A stretch of 64,000 nt of DNA, taken from contig CAJUOD010000002.1 of NCBI GenBank assembly GCA_910587875.1, positions 2,890-66,889 on the forward strand, in the 5' to 3' direction. The notes beneath the pieces are model-generated. The model saw only the letters and a list, made by a program, of their open reading frames with translations, was not told where the DNA came from and did no database searches. Shown here piece after piece: positions 8,973 to 18,244 of the stretch; positions within the stretch are counted from its first letter, which is position 1, and the number at the start of each line of letters is the position of its first letter. The stretch is from an uncultured Oscillibacter sp. (GTDB lineage Bacteria; Bacillota; Clostridia; Oscillospirales; Oscillospiraceae). The position numbers and the translations under genes were made by a program.

Positions 8973-9444
8973 TGGCGGCGGTAAGGGGGTAGTATGCCCT
9001 TCCGCAAAGATCAACAAATGAACATGGTGCAGCTGCGCCTGAAAACGAGAGTCATTCCGTTTTCAGGCTTTTTTGCGCTCATAATCAGAGGACGCCCGGC
9101 GCTTCGCGCAACGGGAGGGGACCAGTCACCCCCAACCGCCAAGGGCAAATGAAAGGAGAAATTCCTATGCAGAATCGAATGAAAAGATATTCTATTTCCG
9201 GGCCGGTCCAGACTGCCGGCCAGTTCCGCCTCCGGCAGGGCGGGACTTCCTTCCGCCTCTCACCGTCCTTCTGCCGGGGACGGGACCACGGACGCAGGCG
9301 GGATATCTCCCGCGCCTTGCCCAGGGCTTCGCGTCTGCCGCGGGAACTCTCTTCCCCGTCGCTTTTGAGCGGCTTCACGGCGATCATACTGACCACGATA
9401 TACAACGGAGACGGACCAGCTAGATCGGCTGCTCCCAGCCTGTA

Positions 9445-9575
9445 AATCCCTCAGTTTTCAATGGGTCTAAGCTCATTGACACGGTTTTGGCCTGGGAGGT
9501 CCGGCGGAGAAAAGCCGGAAACGGCCAGATCGTGCCAATGGGTGAGGTGCGTCCTTTTCTAAAAAAGAAAGGATG
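9445..9575 (+). ncRNA. Candidate structured RNA directly upstream of the tyrosine recombinase
   Basis: ~21-bp stem 9471-9492/9523-9543 enclosing the CCGGC/GCCGG hairpin; RBS-covering hairpin 9552-9573. Confidence 0.55.
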
Positions 9576-9580
9576 TACTT

Positions 9581-10474
9581 ATGTCGAACCACTATCTCAA
9601 TCTCATGGCCCAGGTGGACAAGCTCCACCGCCACAACCGCCAGGGCAGCTATAAGACGCGGGCCCGCTACTATGAAGCTATGCAGCGGTTCTGCCGCTTT
9701 CTGGCGGAGGTCTTTCGTTTGGAGCGGCTGGCGAACATTGCGCCAAAGCATATTTATGCGTACGTCGCGTATCTCCAGGAGCAGGGGAAGTCCACCTCTA
9801 CAATCAAGACGGACCTCTCGGCTATCCGCTTTTTTCATGACCTGATTCAGAGCCCCCGGTATGAGCTGCCGGGGAACAGCGACCTGTTCCTCCAGCGCCG
9901 GACCTTCGGCGGCGTCGACCGGACGTGGAGTGATAACGAGTTTGAAAGGATGCTTGATACCGCATTAGCTGTCGGCCGTAATGACTATGTTTCGATTTTC
10001 TACCTGGGCCGTTTTGCTGGCCTTCGCATCCATGAATGCTTCCGTATCGACACCGCTACGGCATCAAAGGCGGTTAAAGAGAAAGCTATTACTATCAAAG
10101 GCAAAGGAGGACTGTTGCGGACAGTCCCCTTGAATGACCTCCTGGTCCAGCGGCTCCGGCACGATTTGAAACGGACGACACGAGGACATAAATTGTATGT
10201 GCTCGACGATCAGGAAACTCACGAAGCTATCAAAGCCCTTCAGGTATTTATTTGGCTGTACCGTCCTTCCATCCAAGATAAAGACTCCGCACGGCCCATG
10301 ACCTTTCACGGCCTGCGCCACACCTATGCAGCGGAGAAGTATCAGAGCTTCATTGCCGCCGGGAAGACCCCCTACGAGGCGAGAAAGGCCGTCTCCAGGC
10401 TCCTGGGACATGGACGGGACGATGTGACGAACATCTATCTGGCGTCGCTGAAGGGAGGCGAGGAGGATGCTTAA
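9581..10474 (+). CDS. Short tyrosine recombinase without arm-binding domain
   Basis: GLRIHE, KGKGG, FHGLRHTYA, LLGHGR, TNIYL: full R-K-H-R-H-Y catalytic set. Confidence 0.92.
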   Translation: MSNHYLNLMAQVDKLHRHNRQGSYKTRARYYEAMQRFCRFLAEVFRLERLANIAPKHIYAYVAYLQEQGKSTSTIKTDLSAIRFFHDLIQSPRYELPGNSDLFLQRRTFGGVDRTWSDNEFERMLDTALAVGRNDYVSIFYLGRFAGLRIHECFRIDTATASKAVKEKAITIKGKGGLLRTVPLNDLLVQRLRHDLKRTTRGHKLYVLDDQETHEAIKALQVFIWLYRPSIQDKDSARPMTFHGLRHTYAAEKYQSFIAAGKTPYEARKAVSRLLGHGRDDVTNIYLASLKGGEEDA

Positions 10475-10757
10475 CCGACCGCTGAGCTTCGATGACATCC
10501 CCCTGGTGCTGACGGTGGAAGAGCTGATGCCCATTCTCAGCATCGGCAGGAATACGGCCTTCGCCCTGGTCCGCTCCGGCCAGATCAAGAGTATCCGCGC
10601 CGGCAAACAAATCCGCATCCTAAAGCATGAGCTGTTGGAGTACTTGACCGGCGGAACCGGGACAAACGTGTCCTGGACAGACGCCGCCTCGCCGCTTACG
10701 ATGGAGGATGATTCCTGCCGGGCGGCGGAAGGAGGTATCGACGATGCCGCGCGGTAA
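10467..10757 (+). CDS. Excisionase-like HTH_17 protein
   Basis: IPLVLTVEELMPILSIGRNTAFALVRSGQIKSIRAG; overlaps both neighbours. Confidence 0.85.
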   Translation: MLNRPLSFDDIPLVLTVEELMPILSIGRNTAFALVRSGQIKSIRAGKQIRILKHELLEYLTGGTGTNVSWTDAASPLTMEDDSCRAAEGGIDDAAR

Positions 10758-11940
10758 AAAAAGAAGCGGACGGGCCGCCTCTGGGGACGGGTCCATCCGA
10801 AAGAAGATCGTGAAGAAGAACGGAAAAGAGTATACATACTGGGAGGCCCGCTACACCTGCGGCTTCGATCCCAAGACGGGGAAGCAGAAGCAGCACTCCA
10901 TCTCCGGGAAAACCCAGGCCGAGGTTGCCCAGAAGCTCCGGGAGATCACGGCGGAGATTGGGCAGGGCACATTCAAAGAAGCCTGCAAGCTGACGGTGGG
11001 GGAGTGGAGTATTATTTGGGATAAGGATTACCTGATCGGCGTAAAACCACGGACCCAGGAGGCTTACAGAAGTATTCTATGCACCCATATTCGGCCGGAG
11101 CTTGGAGCGATTAAGCTGGAGGTTTTGAATGCTCACACAATCCAACACTTTTACAACGGCCTTTTTCAAAAAGGGCTTTCGGCAAAGACAGTAAAAAATG
11201 TCCATGGTGTGCTTCATGAGTTGCTCCAGCAGGCGGTCAGAATTGGATACTTGCGTGTGAATCCTTCTGATTCCTGCACTCTCCCGCGAGTCGTAAAGAA
11301 GGAAATCAAGCCGTTGGGTGATGATGCCATCCGGCAGTTCCTGGAGGCAATTCAAGGTCATCGGTTTGAGATTCTTCTAATGGTTACTCTTTTCACGGGG
11401 CTGCGGGAAGGCGAAGTACTTGGGCTCTCCTGGGACCGTGTGGACTTCGACAAGGGCACGCTACTGATTGACCAGCAGCTCCAGCGGGCAAAAGATGAAA
11501 CCGGGAAACGTCGCTACAGTCTTGTGTCTCTGAAAAACGATAAGTGGCGGCGAATCACGCCCGCCGACTTCGTGATGGAACTGCTCCGCCGCCAGTGGAG
11601 CCGACAGGTGGAGTGGCGCCTTCGGGCGGGCCCGGCCTGGGAGGACAGCGGCCTTGTGTTCACCAATGAGTTGGGGGAACATCTTTCTCCGTACACCGTC
11701 TATCATAACTTTAAGCGCCTGGCTGCCTCCATCGGCCTTCCAGAAGCTAGGGTCCATGACCTTCGCCATAGCTACGCCGTTGCCGCAATCAAAAGTGGGG
11801 ACGACATCAAGACCGTCCAGGGCAACCTGGGACACGCTACGGCATCCTTTACGCTGGATGTCTACGGCCATGTGACGGACCAGATGAAGCGGGACAGCGC
11901 GGAGAGGATGCAGAAGTTCATCAAGAGCGTTTCCGGCTGA
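10744..11940 (+). CDS. Tyrosine integrase of the left element
   Basis: GDGSIRK arm-binding N-terminus, TGLREGE, HDLRHSYA, LGHATASFTLDVYGH. Confidence 0.95.
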   Translation: MPRGKKRSGRAASGDGSIRKKIVKKNGKEYTYWEARYTCGFDPKTGKQKQHSISGKTQAEVAQKLREITAEIGQGTFKEACKLTVGEWSIIWDKDYLIGVKPRTQEAYRSILCTHIRPELGAIKLEVLNAHTIQHFYNGLFQKGLSAKTVKNVHGVLHELLQQAVRIGYLRVNPSDSCTLPRVVKKEIKPLGDDAIRQFLEAIQGHRFEILLMVTLFTGLREGEVLGLSWDRVDFDKGTLLIDQQLQRAKDETGKRRYSLVSLKNDKWRRITPADFVMELLRRQWSRQVEWRLRAGPAWEDSGLVFTNELGEHLSPYTVYHNFKRLAASIGLPEARVHDLRHSYAVAAIKSGDDIKTVQGNLGHATASFTLDVYGHVTDQMKRDSAERMQKFIKSVSG

Positions 11941-12019
11941 TAAGGGAAAACAAAGGGAAACCGAGTTTCCACAGGGGACAGAAAAACCCTGGAACCATTG
12001 CAGTTCCAGGGTTCCCCAG

Positions 12020-12064
12020 TGGTCCGAGTGGCGGGATTTGAACCCACGGCCTCATGGTCCCGAA
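12020..12064 (-). repeat. att core: exact copy of the 3' 45 nt of tRNA-Pro
   Basis: Identical to 26520-26564 (TGGTCCGAGTGG...GGTCCCGAA). Confidence 0.95.
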
Positions 12065-12195
12065 GTCCAGTCTAAAGTTCCGTTGAACTCTTTCGGGTCC
12101 GTTTGACGCTCTTTTCTACGGAACTAGAGGTATATGCGTTCTACCTTCTCCGTTGTTTCCACGCGGATTTTTCCTGTCGTGGGTCAAGTTGTGGG

Positions 12196-12438
12196 TCAAG
12201 AGGCGAACGAAGGACGAACATCACTCAGTGGAAGGCCAAGTCTTGAGGCTTTGTCCCGCTCATAGGTTATCCGAGTAACCTCCTCAATAAATTGCCGCTC
12301 CTTTTGGTCAGCACTGGCCCAGCGGACATCGTATTTCCGACAAAGCCAAAAGAAGATTTCATAGAAACGTTCCGTCTCCGGATCTTTACGGCAGTACCAC
12401 TCTGCGTCGGTATGAGGCCGTTCTATGTTCGATATCAT
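12196..12438 (-). CDS. Small hypothetical protein, partner of the GNAT gene
   Basis: 80-aa ORF with AGGAGG RBS, 20 bp after the GNAT stop. Confidence 0.7.
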   Translation of the reverse strand: MISNIERPHTDAEWYCRKDPETERFYEIFFWLCRKYDVRWASADQKERQFIEEVTRITYERDKASRLGLPLSDVRPSFAS

Positions 12439-12458
12439 GCTAAACCCTCCTTGTAAAT

Positions 12459-12974
12459 TCAGACAAGATAGGTGAAAAATATTCGCTTTGCCGCTTCATC
12501 CGCAATCAGGTATCTGGGAGCAGAGGATTCAAATGAAGGCAGCTGGACTGCCCCAAAATCTTTTTCGTAGTGACGTGCCAATTCTGTTGTTTTAGCCTCA
12601 AGCACTACGTCCCCAGCTAGACCATGGTCTATGGAAAGTTTGATGCCATATGCGATCATCAGCCGTCCGATACCCCTGTATTCGGGTACCCCGCCGTCGA
12701 GGGTTGGGTTGGAGGCCGGGTGAGCTTCCATATAGACAAGGTGGACAATCAGGGCATTTTCAAGAATTTCATATGCTCCCAAGGCTATCAGTTTTTCATT
12801 TACCTTTGCGGCATATCTTTCAAACCGCTCGTCCTGCAGATACTCACTTGTCCATGACGTTTGCCATATCGGAGGGGAATTTGTATTATCCGCATCCTGC
12901 CAGGTCATCCGTTGAATAGATACGGGAACCGTCTGGTTTGCATTATCGTATACAAAAGGCTTGAATAGCATCAT
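12459..12974 (-). CDS. GNAT-fold acetyltransferase
   Basis: YMEAHPASNP..YRGIGRLMIAYG..VVLEAKT..L..HY motif. Confidence 0.75.
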   Translation of the reverse strand: MMLFKPFVYDNANQTVPVSIQRMTWQDADNTNSPPIWQTSWTSEYLQDERFERYAAKVNEKLIALGAYEILENALIVHLVYMEAHPASNPTLDGGVPEYRGIGRLMIAYGIKLSIDHGLAGDVVLEAKTTELARHYEKDFGAVQLPSFESSAPRYLIADEAAKRIFFTYLV

Positions 12975-13350
12975 ACCCACCTCGAATCTTAGTATACCAT
13001 ATTTCCTTCTCAAGTGGAAGAACAAAAAAGACTCCTTGATGAATTTTCCTATGGGGATATAAACCCAGCAAAATTTGCGTCGCTATAAACAAAGAAAAGG
13101 CCGACGAAAAAAGAGAACTCAGGAAATCCAACTCGTGCCCATAATCCTCTGGACTTTCGCCCGTGATTCTGGTATGGTATATCGCTGGGAGGCGAAGACA
13201 TGCCGTGCCAGAGGAACTCCAACAGAATACATCTAAAGCGGCTGTTTCTCCATCGTGGGAACAGCCGCTTTTCCATCCTCTGAGATAATTTCAAATTGTA
13301 CAACTCCATGGCTCCTCTAAAATGAACCTATCAAAAGAAGGAGGAGCGAT

Positions 13351-13932
13351 ATGGAATACGGATATGTTCGGGTTTCAACCAAAGAGCAGAACGAGGACCG
13401 GCAGATGGTCGCCATGCGGGAATTCGGTATCAAGGACGGCGGCATCGTTCTGGATAAGCAAAGCGGCAAAGACTTTGAGCGCCCCGGGTACCGACGGTTG
13501 ATACGCAGGCTGAAAGCCGGAGACACCCTTGTCATCAAGAGCATCGACCGGCTGGGGCGCAACTACGATGAAATTTTGGAACAGTGGCGGCTGCTGACTA
13601 AGGAAAAGCTGGTGGACATCGTAGTGCTTGATATGCCTCTGCTGGACACCCGCCAGGGACGGGACCTCACAGGGGTATTGATTGCCGACATTGTACTCCA
13701 GCTGTTGAGCTACGTGGCTCAGACAGAACGAGAGTTCAACCGCCAGCGGCAGACCGAGGGAATCGCGGCGGCGAAGGCCAGGGGCGTTCACTTCGGGCGA
13801 AAGTTCAAGGACCGGGGCGAAAACTACAAGTCTGTCATGGCCGCATGGCGCAGGGGAGAGCTGTCCGGCAGGGCGGCGGCCAGGGAACTAGGCGTAGCCC
13901 ACGGGACCTTCCAGCGGTGGTGCAGGGAGTAG
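13351..13932 (+). CDS. Serine resolvase/invertase
   Basis: YGYVRVSTKEQNEDRQ, SIDRLGRN, C-terminal HTH. Confidence 0.95.
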   Translation: MEYGYVRVSTKEQNEDRQMVAMREFGIKDGGIVLDKQSGKDFERPGYRRLIRRLKAGDTLVIKSIDRLGRNYDEILEQWRLLTKEKLVDIVVLDMPLLDTRQGRDLTGVLIADIVLQLLSYVAQTEREFNRQRQTEGIAAAKARGVHFGRKFKDRGENYKSVMAAWRRGELSGRAAARELGVAHGTFQRWCRE

Positions 13933-14234
13933 TGTTTGGTCTATAAAGCGTGGGTTGCGGTCCATGCAGAAAGAGCCATGGTGTTGAGCAAGGTGACGCC
14001 GTTTTTAAGGACGGCGCGCCTTGCTCTTGTCTATTATGACAGAAAAATTTTAGCATATTCGTCAAAATAAAGCAATAGGGAAAATGGCTTACAACCCACA
14101 CGTTGTAGTCCACTCAGTCAAGGCCAGAATGCCATGTAAAATACATATTTTTGTTTGAGGGTGATATTCAAAACGATTTAGAGAATACAGGCATAGATAC
14201 CTTGAACCAATTTTTGATCTTGGAGGAGAGGAAA

Positions 14235-15863
14235 ATGAAAAAGCAAGCTCTGAGTGTAATGATATCTATAGCAATTGTTTTCCCTTTTTTATCAACGCAA
14301 GCGGAAGCCTACCATACAGGCAGAGCGGAAGAGTATCCGGCTATCAGTGCAGGGGATTATAGTTCCTTGGCAATTAAAGAGGATAATTCTCTTTGGGCCT
14401 GGGGCAGTTCCGTCAAACAGTCGGATCTTGCGTCCAGCAGCACGCCGAGTAAAATCATGGACCATGTGTTGTCCGTCAGCGCAGGAGCGCACCACACCCT
14501 GATCGTCAAGGCAGATGGTACGCTCTGGGCCATGGGCGGCTTTAATACGGACGGACTTCTTGGGGACGGGACCACGGAGCCCCGTTATACTCCGGTAAAG
14601 GTCATGGACCATGTGGCGGCGGCCAGCGCAGGGCAATATAACAGCTTTGCGATTAAGACGGATGGAACTCTTTGGGCCTGGGGGCGGAATTATGTATATG
14701 CGCTGGGTGATGGCACGGAAATAGATCGTCATTCTCCAGTCAAAGTACTTGATAATGTGAAAGCGGTCAGTTCTTCGGGCAGCGATACGATGGCGGTCAA
14801 GACCGATGGTACCCTTTGGGCGTGGGGAGATCAATTTTACCAGAACGATGGGAAAGGCGGTGCCCTCCATATTCCGACTAAAATCATGGATAATGTAAAA
14901 GATGTAAGTATAGGTTCAGCCGTGAGCGTGGTACTCAAAGAGGATGGTAGCGTTTGGACCTTTAGCGGCATGCCGAAGCCAGGACCGAATACGCCTAACA
15001 GCTGGGATATGGCTGTCCCAATCAAAGTGCTGGACAATGTAATCGATATCAGCTCAGGATATAAGCATGCGCTGGCGCTTAAAGAAGATGGAACCCTTTG
15101 GTCCTGGTCAACGTGGGGAAAAGACAATAAGCGCGGTCAGTTAGGAACCGGAACTACCGAGGGCACGGATGTTCCTACCAAGATTTTAGAAAATGTGACG
15201 TCGGTTTCCGCTGGCGGCGACCACAGTCTGGCGATCAAGAAAGACGGGAGCCTTTGGTCCTGGGGATACAACCATCTGGGACAGGTTGGAGACGGGACGC
15301 ACGAGAATTGTTTGACTCCTGTCAAAGTCATGGACGGGGTTCGCATCCGGCCCGATACGGCCAACACACCCTCTGTCCCGACGAATAAGGGAAATTTTTC
15401 CGACGTCTCCCCTGACGCCTATTATGCCAATGCCGTAAAGTGGGCGGTGGAGAAAAAGATCACAACAGGAAAGACTGCTACAACCTTCGCCCCCAACGAT
15501 ACCTGTACGGTCTCTCAAATCCTCACCTTCCTTTGGCGGGATAACGGACGGCCGGGCGAAAACGGCACGGAACGGGAATCTGTCGCAGCCTGGGCCGACA
15601 ATTTGGGGCTTGATGGCAATGATCTCAATAGGCCCTGCACCCGATCAGCGGCAACGATGTATATATGGAAGGTGTCTGGGAGTCCTGCGCCCAAGGCTCC
15701 ATCCTCTTTCCAGGATATTCCTGCCGGTGCGGATTACGCCGATGCTGTGGCTTGGGCGGTAGAAAGAGAACTTACCGGTGGCACGTCATCCGCCACCTTC
15801 AGCCCTGACGCAATCTGCACGCGCGGACAAATTATGACGTTCCTGTATCGTGCTATGGCATGA
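14235..15863 (+). CDS. Secreted RCC1-repeat beta-propeller protein with SLH domains
   Basis: Signal peptide; repeated SAG..HSLAIK.DGTLWAWG; C-terminal F.DV....YY..AV.WAVE and TRGQIMTFLYR. Confidence 0.9.
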   Translation: MKKQALSVMISIAIVFPFLSTQAEAYHTGRAEEYPAISAGDYSSLAIKEDNSLWAWGSSVKQSDLASSSTPSKIMDHVLSVSAGAHHTLIVKADGTLWAMGGFNTDGLLGDGTTEPRYTPVKVMDHVAAASAGQYNSFAIKTDGTLWAWGRNYVYALGDGTEIDRHSPVKVLDNVKAVSSSGSDTMAVKTDGTLWAWGDQFYQNDGKGGALHIPTKIMDNVKDVSIGSAVSVVLKEDGSVWTFSGMPKPGPNTPNSWDMAVPIKVLDNVIDISSGYKHALALKEDGTLWSWSTWGKDNKRGQLGTGTTEGTDVPTKILENVTSVSAGGDHSLAIKKDGSLWSWGYNHLGQVGDGTHENCLTPVKVMDGVRIRPDTANTPSVPTNKGNFSDVSPDAYYANAVKWAVEKKITTGKTATTFAPNDTCTVSQILTFLWRDNGRPGENGTERESVAAWADNLGLDGNDLNRPCTRSAATMYIWKVSGSPAPKAPSSFQDIPAGADYADAVAWAVERELTGGTSSATFSPDAICTRGQIMTFLYRAMA

Positions 15864-15878
15864 TCAGGTACGAGGAGA

Positions 15879-16946
15879 ATGTATATGGCACGGATACGTT
15901 TTTACGTTTTGCTTCTTGCTTTACTAGTTTCGCTGACGGCCTGCGGGGAAAAGCCCGCGACAAACGCGGAAGATATTAGCGCTGCCCCCAAAGAGGAATT
16001 CACACCGGAAACTGCTCCGGAAACCATACCGGAAGCCGCCCCTGCATACCCCTCGGAGAAACCTGCCTGCAACCTAACCGGCCAGTGGAAGCAGATTAAC
16101 GTTGAGGATGGAGACGAATACTACGGGGCCGTCCTGGATGACGAAAAAATTGAGCTCTATTGGATTTGCGACAATGGCGGAACTTACTACTTATATTGGG
16201 CTGGGTCGTATGTCACCCCGGAGATCATAGGGGAATCGTATACCTGGACCTCTCAAGTTGGCAGCCGCAGAACAGACATAGAGGCGATCGCTGCTTCCGA
16301 TGGGGTCAAAGTATTCACATATGATGATTCAAGCGACCAGATCAGCTGTTCCGTCACGCATAAAGGAGTAGAAAGCACCATCACTTTGGAGCGAGGAGAA
16401 TGGGCGCCGGGGTTACAAATCAGCAACGTTCCTGATGCGCTGAAGAGTGGCTTCGATCCGGCAACAAACCAGGTCCTTACATACGATGGAATTGTCTTTT
16501 CCTATCCGGCGTATTTTACCCACCGCATTGAAAATTCCTCCGATACTCCAAGCCTGGTGAGTTTCAACCAGCCGGAACACCCCGATTATCATGCCTATCT
16601 CGAGTTGGACTCCCTGGGCTTCGCAGGGAGCTTAACGGAAGCAGCGTTTATGGAAAGAACACCTGGAGTCATTGATTCGCTAATAGAAGACGGAGGAGAT
16701 AATATCTTTGACGCGGTGGTGAAGGAAACTACCGTTGCAGGACGTCCAGCCTTCATTTTTCATTATAAAGGCTACAATCTTGGCGAAGGAGAAGTCCTTA
16801 CAACGGTACACGAAGCCTTTATCTATAATCCACAGGCCGCAGACATTACATGGATTCAAGCTGCCCATGGAAATGGGGATATGTCCGGCTATGATTATTC
16901 GGGAGACTTCTTAAAAATGCTAGAAATGGCTCAGCCGATATCCTGA
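15879..16946 (+). CDS. Lipoprotein of unknown function
   Basis: Lipobox LTAC, Pro/Glu-rich linker. Confidence 0.8.
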   Translation: MYMARIRFYVLLLALLVSLTACGEKPATNAEDISAAPKEEFTPETAPETIPEAAPAYPSEKPACNLTGQWKQINVEDGDEYYGAVLDDEKIELYWICDNGGTYYLYWAGSYVTPEIIGESYTWTSQVGSRRTDIEAIAASDGVKVFTYDDSSDQISCSVTHKGVESTITLERGEWAPGLQISNVPDALKSGFDPATNQVLTYDGIVFSYPAYFTHRIENSSDTPSLVSFNQPEHPDYHAYLELDSLGFAGSLTEAAFMERTPGVIDSLIEDGGDNIFDAVVKETTVAGRPAFIFHYKGYNLGEGEVLTTVHEAFIYNPQAADITWIQAAHGNGDMSGYDYSGDFLKMLEMAQPIS

Positions 16947-16977
16947 TCGTCAAATAAAAAATCGAGGGGAACTTGAC

Positions 16978-18054
16978 ATGAAACGAATTTTCCTTTTGGT
17001 GCTGTCCCTTGTGCTTTTGCTGGGTGCTTGCGGACAAAAAAGCCCAACTTGGCAGGAACAATATGATCTAGGTATCCGTTACTTATCGGAAGGAAACTAC
17101 GAGGAAGCAATCATCGCCTTCACGGCGGCGATTGAAATTGACCCCAAACAGGCTCCCGCCTTTGTAGGCCGGGGCGACGCCTACGTCGGCTCCGGCGAGG
17201 CGGAAGAAATTCTGGAGGCGGCGCTGGCGGACTATGAGGCGGCCTTGGCGTTGGATGAAGCGGATGCCGCCGCGTGGCTGGGCAAAGCGGATATATTGAT
17301 TCGTCAGGGAAAGTACGACGAGGCGGCAGAAGCTCTGGAAGAAGGCCTCGAAAAGTCCGGAAGTGACCAAACAATTGCGGACAAGCTGGCGGAAATCAGA
17401 GAAGGTAAAATCACGGATTCCTCTGGGCACGTTCGCCGGAAGGATGGCTATGACAGCAGCGGAACATTGGTTTGGTATCACGTCTATGAATATAACGAGG
17501 AGGGGAAGCGAAGTTCCATTACCTCTTATAACGCGCAAGGAGTCCAGACTGGACACATGGAGTATATCCGCGATGAGGAGGGAAGGATGTTAAATCCAGA
17601 GACCTATAATGCGGAAACAGGTGAATTGAATGGCTATGGAGAACTGGAATATAACAAAGAGGGGCAGAATGTCAAATACTCGTACTATACGCGGGAAGGA
17701 ATCCTGGCGTGGTATGAGACGCGCGAATATGGCAGCAACGGTAAACTTGTTCGCTCAGAACGCTATAACGCGATAGAAAATCGGATAGATGACTATACGG
17801 AATATGACGACCAAGGAAACCGCACAAAATGTACCTTTTTTACTTCTGATGGAAATATAGGTGGATATCATAACTATGAACATGACAGCGCTGGACACGA
17901 GATCAAAGACAGCCAGTATGACGCAAACGGAAAATTGATAGCGTATCACGTCTACTTATATGATGAGAACGGCGAATTCATTGGTAGCGAAACCTATGAT
18001 GGCGACGGCAGCCTTCAGTATTCTACCGGAATAGAACGGGAGGGCAGTACATGA
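16978..18054 (+). CDS. TPR-containing lipoprotein with YD-like repeats
   Basis: Lipobox LGAC; TPRs YEEAIIAFTAAIEIDPK; repeated YEYD..G. Confidence 0.85.
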   Translation: MKRIFLLVLSLVLLLGACGQKSPTWQEQYDLGIRYLSEGNYEEAIIAFTAAIEIDPKQAPAFVGRGDAYVGSGEAEEILEAALADYEAALALDEADAAAWLGKADILIRQGKYDEAAEALEEGLEKSGSDQTIADKLAEIREGKITDSSGHVRRKDGYDSSGTLVWYHVYEYNEEGKRSSITSYNAQGVQTGHMEYIRDEEGRMLNPETYNAETGELNGYGELEYNKEGQNVKYSYYTREGILAWYETREYGSNGKLVRSERYNAIENRIDDYTEYDDQGNRTKCTFFTSDGNIGGYHNYEHDSAGHEIKDSQYDANGKLIAYHVYLYDENGEFIGSETYDGDGSLQYSTGIEREGST

Positions 18055-18244
18055 CAACCGGGCCACGTATATTCTACAGCGGCCTGGCCCTGTTGGGCCT
18101 GACAGCGATGACTGCCATCCTCTTCCTTGTGAAAAGGTCGAGGTACATACCAGAAAACACCGTTTGTGAAAGCGCGGAGAGCCTGCCCCATACACAGAAA
18201 AATTGATTTATGAGGAAATCAATTTTTTATGGAGGAGTAAACTT

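Larger units (their letters stand above)
1..12064. mobile_element. Prophage-like element, right end (left part outside window), abutting the tRNA-Pro-derived att copy
   Basis: Lambdoid early-gene order (helicase, initiator, xis, cro / divergent cI), integrase ending 80 bp before the att copy at 12020. Confidence 0.85.

Noticed and set aside
8386..8976. Short periodic repeats as a CRISPR or TIGR-like array
   Set aside because: Only three degenerate 15-bp units per cluster, no spacer-length inserts, no cas or Nop-domain gene
8413..9007. ORFs 8413-8916, 8533-8889 and 8690-9007
   Set aside because: No clear RBS or domain; they overlap promoters and terminators, so the region reads better as non-coding
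12020..12064. Second tRNA-Pro gene
   Set aside because: Only the 3' 45 nt are present; it is an att duplication
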